16,259 bases of DNA, taken from the IMG/VR virus record IMGVR_UViG_3300045988_115994, one strand, 5' to 3'. This document shows positions 13,727 through 16,259 of this stretch, in pieces. This DNA comes from a virus. The translations under genes and the position numbers were made by a program. Positions within the stretch are counted from its first letter, which is position 1; each line of letters begins with the position of its first letter. Under the pieces are notes generated by a model that ran no database searches, was not told where the DNA came from, and worked only from the letters and a program-made list of their open reading frames with translations.

Positions 13727-14480
13727 AGACTACATTGAGAGTTTTACAGACTGGAAAGATTTAAACGCAACTACTTATGACAAGATCGAAAAAGGTATGC
13801 CGAAGCTTTTCGACTTTACGTTTCCATGGTACAATGACGATGAGTCCAGTAAAACAGAGTTTGAACGTATGTTTATCATACACTTTTACATGTGTGAGAT
13901 CGGTTTTGAAACCATCGGCTTATTTAAGCTTAAGTTAAACGACACGCTTACGCGAAATATGCCGAAATATAAGGCTATGTATGACAGTAATTTAGCAGTG
14001 GCACAGATTTTGGAAAACGTCAACATGACGTTTGACGATACTGACACAAGCGACGGAAACAACACAAGCGAAGCAGACCACACAATGAGTGACACAAATA
14101 ACAGCAATTCCAATGATCAACGAATCAATAGCGACAACCCGCAAGTCAATTTTTCCGGTGCAGATTACGCAAGCGGTATGACTAGAGGACAGAGCACCGA
14201 AGAGGATAGACGCACGGTTAGCGAACAAAACACAGGCAAGAGTAATACATCCATTATAGATACTAGCCACCGGACGGAAAAAGGATGGCGAGGCAGTAAA
14301 ATGAATGAACTCATTATGTACCGTGAGCACATTGTTAATGTTAATAACACAATCATTGCAGATTGCGAAGAATTATTTATGTCTGTATATGCAGATTTTG
14401 CGGAGCATGGTAACGATTTTAATATGGCGACTTACGGAAATCGTGGAAACTTGGGCTTATCTATTGATTGGATGAGATAG
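13701..14480 (+). CDS. Lower collar protein (phi29 gp11 position), 259 aa
   Basis: RBS GGAGGTGA upstream. The start overlaps the portal gene by 26 nt. FERMFIIHFYMCEIGFETIGLFKLKLN..NMPKYKAMYDS fits the lower-collar family pattern known from small podophages. The middle of the protein is S/N/D-rich and low in complexity. Confidence 0.75.
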   Translation: MSTYTTKIRDYIESFTDWKDLNATTYDKIEKGMPKLFDFTFPWYNDDESSKTEFERMFIIHFYMCEIGFETIGLFKLKLNDTLTRNMPKYKAMYDSNLAVAQILENVNMTFDDTDTSDGNNTSEADHTMSDTNNSNSNDQRINSDNPQVNFSGADYASGMTRGQSTEEDRRTVSEQNTGKSNTSIIDTSHRTEKGWRGSKMNELIMYREHIVNVNNTIIADCEELFMSVYADFAEHGNDFNMATYGNRGNLGLSIDWMR

Positions 14481-14493
14481 AGAGGAGAATGAA

Positions 14494-15318
14494 ATGGCGA
14501 ACAAAATTAACCCATTTGAACCTAACGTTAATTCCGGTCTGTACAACGTACACTTTCCGGACTTTGCATTTTGGTTACAAAAAACTCAACCACTTGTTTA
14601 TGATGATGCGCTGTCGTATTACGAGGTATTATGCCGCACAAGTGCTATTCTTAATCAGCTTATTAAACAAGTAAACGATCTTACTGACGCACAAAAAAAA
14701 TTTATAGAAGATGCTACAAATCTTTTAAATCAAATTATTAACGAATGGAATAGTATTGTCGATCAGTGGAATAACATTGTAACAGAATGGAATAACATTG
14801 TAACAGAATGGAATTCCATGAAAACCACATGGTCGCAATGGTCGGCTACTTGGGTGCAGTGGGTGTCTACTTGGGCGCAGTGGGTGTCTACTTTTGCACA
14901 GTGGACAGAAACTTTTAACAATATGGTTCAAAATAACAACCAATTTCAGACGGATATTACAAATCAGTTCAACTCATACAAAAACGAAATTAACAATATT
15001 ATAACAAACTTTGAAAATGAAGTAAATGAAAAAATCAAAGATTTTGTAACGGTAGGAATTTTGGAACATGTTGTAACTTATGGCGGTATCTGGGAGCAGG
15101 TTGTAACGTTAGAGGCGGGAGCAAGTACAAGAATTTTACTACCGGAAAGTATGCAGAAAAATGGATTGTATTTTCTTGCAAATGCAAGCATAGATTGTGA
15201 GGGAATCATTGTTAATGTGGACAAATGGACGGTTGTAGCTTACAACGCAAGCACGCAAACGAGAAACCCAAACTTACAAGTATATGCGCTTGGAGAGTTT
15301 GGCGTATTAAGTCGATAG
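14494..15318 (+). CDS. Tail fibre or appendage-like protein with a Trp-rich heptad-repeat stalk (274 aa)
   Basis: RBS GAGAGGAG upstream. The N-terminal YDDALSYYEVLCR..LNQLIKQVN resembles the anchor motif of Firmicutes phage fibres. About 14 consecutive heptads follow, then a ~90-aa beta-rich C-terminal domain. The position corresponds to gp12. Confidence 0.55.
   Translation: MANKINPFEPNVNSGLYNVHFPDFAFWLQKTQPLVYDDALSYYEVLCRTSAILNQLIKQVNDLTDAQKKFIEDATNLLNQIINEWNSIVDQWNNIVTEWNNIVTEWNSMKTTWSQWSATWVQWVSTWAQWVSTFAQWTETFNNMVQNNNQFQTDITNQFNSYKNEINNIITNFENEVNEKIKDFVTVGILEHVVTYGGIWEQVVTLEAGASTRILLPESMQKNGLYFLANASIDCEGIIVNVDKWTVVAYNASTQTRNPNLQVYALGEFGVLSR
14743..14931 (+). repeat. In-frame 21-bp tandem repeat array (9 units)
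   Basis: GAATGGAATAACATTGTAACA occurs twice exactly (14785-14805 and, with CAG for GAA, 14764-14784). ACTTGGG(T/C)GCAGTGGGTGTCT occurs twice (14848-14889). Flanking units are degenerate. Each unit encodes one heptad. Confidence 0.9.
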
Positions 15319-15331
15319 GGAGGGATGTAAA

Positions 15332-15961
15332 ATGTATAAAAGAGATTATCACCCAGACGAAAATTTAATTTTTGAGACAGAACACTATAAGTTTCCGGTG
15401 TCCAAGAGTACCACGGAAGACCCCGATCTTGCAAGAACTGTAAAAATCGACGAAGCGCTATACGACGAAGCAAAAGTAAGGTTAAACGAAGATACAAAAC
15501 TAAACAAAAAAATTGATGATGAAACCAAAAACAGAGAAAACGCTGACCAGTCGTTGGAATCAGAAATCTATAAAATAACGCCAAGTATCAAATTTTTGCG
15601 TTTTGGTAAAGATGATTTTACCACGTTAAGCGGTTCTCCGGTAAATGTAGAAGTTTTTATAACAATGCTAAAGATAAATGATATTGTTATTATGTTTCAT
15701 AGAGTTGTATTCACCGGAAATGCTCCAAGTAATTTTATTTCTTACACTGCACAACTAGATCTGACAAAAGTAATACCGAGCGGCTACAAGGTAAGCAATT
15801 TTAGTATATGGCAATCTTTAATACGCAAAGACGATAACATTTTAGCTACTCGTAGCAATGATATACAAATTATAAACAGTAATAAATATCTGTACTACCA
15901 AACGAAAGAACCTACTGGATGCGTTTTTTGCGGTACTACAATTTGCATGTTATCGGAATAA
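15332..15961 (+). CDS. Second fibre or receptor-binding-like protein (209 aa)
   Basis: RBS GGGAGGG upstream. An N-terminal fibre-like motif (EHYKFPVSKSTTEDPDLARTVKIDEALYDE), a short charged coiled-coil segment, and a C-terminal beta-rich domain. The last base of the stop codon TAA (15959-15961) is the first base of the right ITR. Confidence 0.5.
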   Translation: MYKRDYHPDENLIFETEHYKFPVSKSTTEDPDLARTVKIDEALYDEAKVRLNEDTKLNKKIDDETKNRENADQSLESEIYKITPSIKFLRFGKDDFTTLSGSPVNVEVFITMLKINDIVIMFHRVVFTGNAPSNFISYTAQLDLTKVIPSGYKVSNFSIWQSLIRKDDNILATRSNDIQIINSNKYLYYQTKEPTGCVFCGTTICMLSE

Positions 15962-16259
15962 GTTATCCACACCAAACAAGTGTTCGATAGTGTTCGCCCA
16001 CCAAAGACAGGTTGTGTCCGCGGTGAACGGACACTTTTTGTTTTAATTGTATATACAATTATGATAAATTGTTGTATTGTCTGATTTCAACAAAATCAAT
16101 GGTAAAAGTGCACAAAATTTTGATGTATGTTTGTGCAATATTACTATTGACATCTTATATTTGATCAAGTTTCCCATAGCAAATTTAATATCTGAAAATC
16201 GAACAGGTGTTTGTCTTTTTGGGGAAAACGGTGTCCGTCCTACACGGACTATGTGACTT
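15961..16259. repeat. Right inverted terminal repeat (ITR), 299 bp
   Basis: Exact reverse complement of 1..299. Confidence 0.97.
16014..16044 (+). terminator. Intrinsic terminator inside the right ITR
   Basis: GTGTCCG (16014-16020), loop CGGTGAA, CGGACAC (16028-16034), then TTTTTGTTTT. The mirror copy at 216..246 faces outward on the minus strand. Confidence 0.7.

Noticed and set aside
14020-14300. S/N/D/T-rich low-complexity stretch in the lower collar gene, considered as a separate repeat element
   Set aside because: There is no nucleotide-level periodicity. It reads as a disordered insertion within an otherwise conserved protein and also produces several spurious antisense ORFs.
1-16259. 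CRISPR array, integrase or attachment site, transposase, or toxin-antitoxin pair
   Set aside because: No regularly spaced direct repeats were found. No recombinase or transposase motifs appear in any frame. The only long repeats are the ITRs, so the element reads as a virulent linear phage genome, not an integrated or mobile island.

Overview
The window is bounded by a perfect 299-bp inverted terminal repeat: 1..299 is the exact reverse complement of 15961..16259. It therefore looks like a complete 16,259-bp linear genome of a small phi29-like, protein-primed podophage (Salasmaviridae/Guelinviridae/Rountreeviridae grade). The strong AGGAGG-type ribosome-binding sites suggest a low-GC Gram-positive host. 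Every supported gene is on the + strand. Gene order from the left:
- Left ITR, a sigA-type promoter, then an Amidase_3 endolysin with a SPOR-like C-terminus.
- Two small ORFs, the second a positional terminal-protein candidate, then a 727-aa protein-primed family B DNA polymerase.
- A cassette of 6-7 small early ORFs driven by two paralogous TTGACA/TATAAT promoter-leader units. It includes one tandem paralogue pair and conserved 3' hairpins.
- A gp2.5/DUF2815-like SSB candidate.
- A 360-nt non-coding, highly self-complementary region.
- Holin, tRNA-Gln(CUG) and a gp16-like packaging ATPase.
- A gp13-like tail lysozyme, scaffold, gp8-like major capsid protein with an Ig-like C-terminus, gp9-like tail knob, gp10-like portal and lower collar.
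- Two short fibre or receptor-binding-like proteins, then the right ITR, which carries an outward-facing intrinsic terminator.

No integrase, repressor or CRISPR array is visible. The items most worth a second look:
1. The structured non-coding region 6473..6832. It could be a pRNA-like RNA, a late-operon leader switch, or a DNA-level operator set.
2. A 20-bp perfect palindrome, AATGTTTCACGTGAAACATT, present four times. Three copies sit directly after stop codons and one sits in frame inside the polymerase gene.
3. A phage tRNA-Gln(CUG) that matches the CAG bias of the capsid gene.
4. A Trp-rich heptad array encoded by 21-bp tandem repeats in a fibre protein.
5. The unannotatable early small-gene cassette.

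All homology calls are by-eye comparisons with remembered phi29 protein sequences and family motifs. No searches were run.
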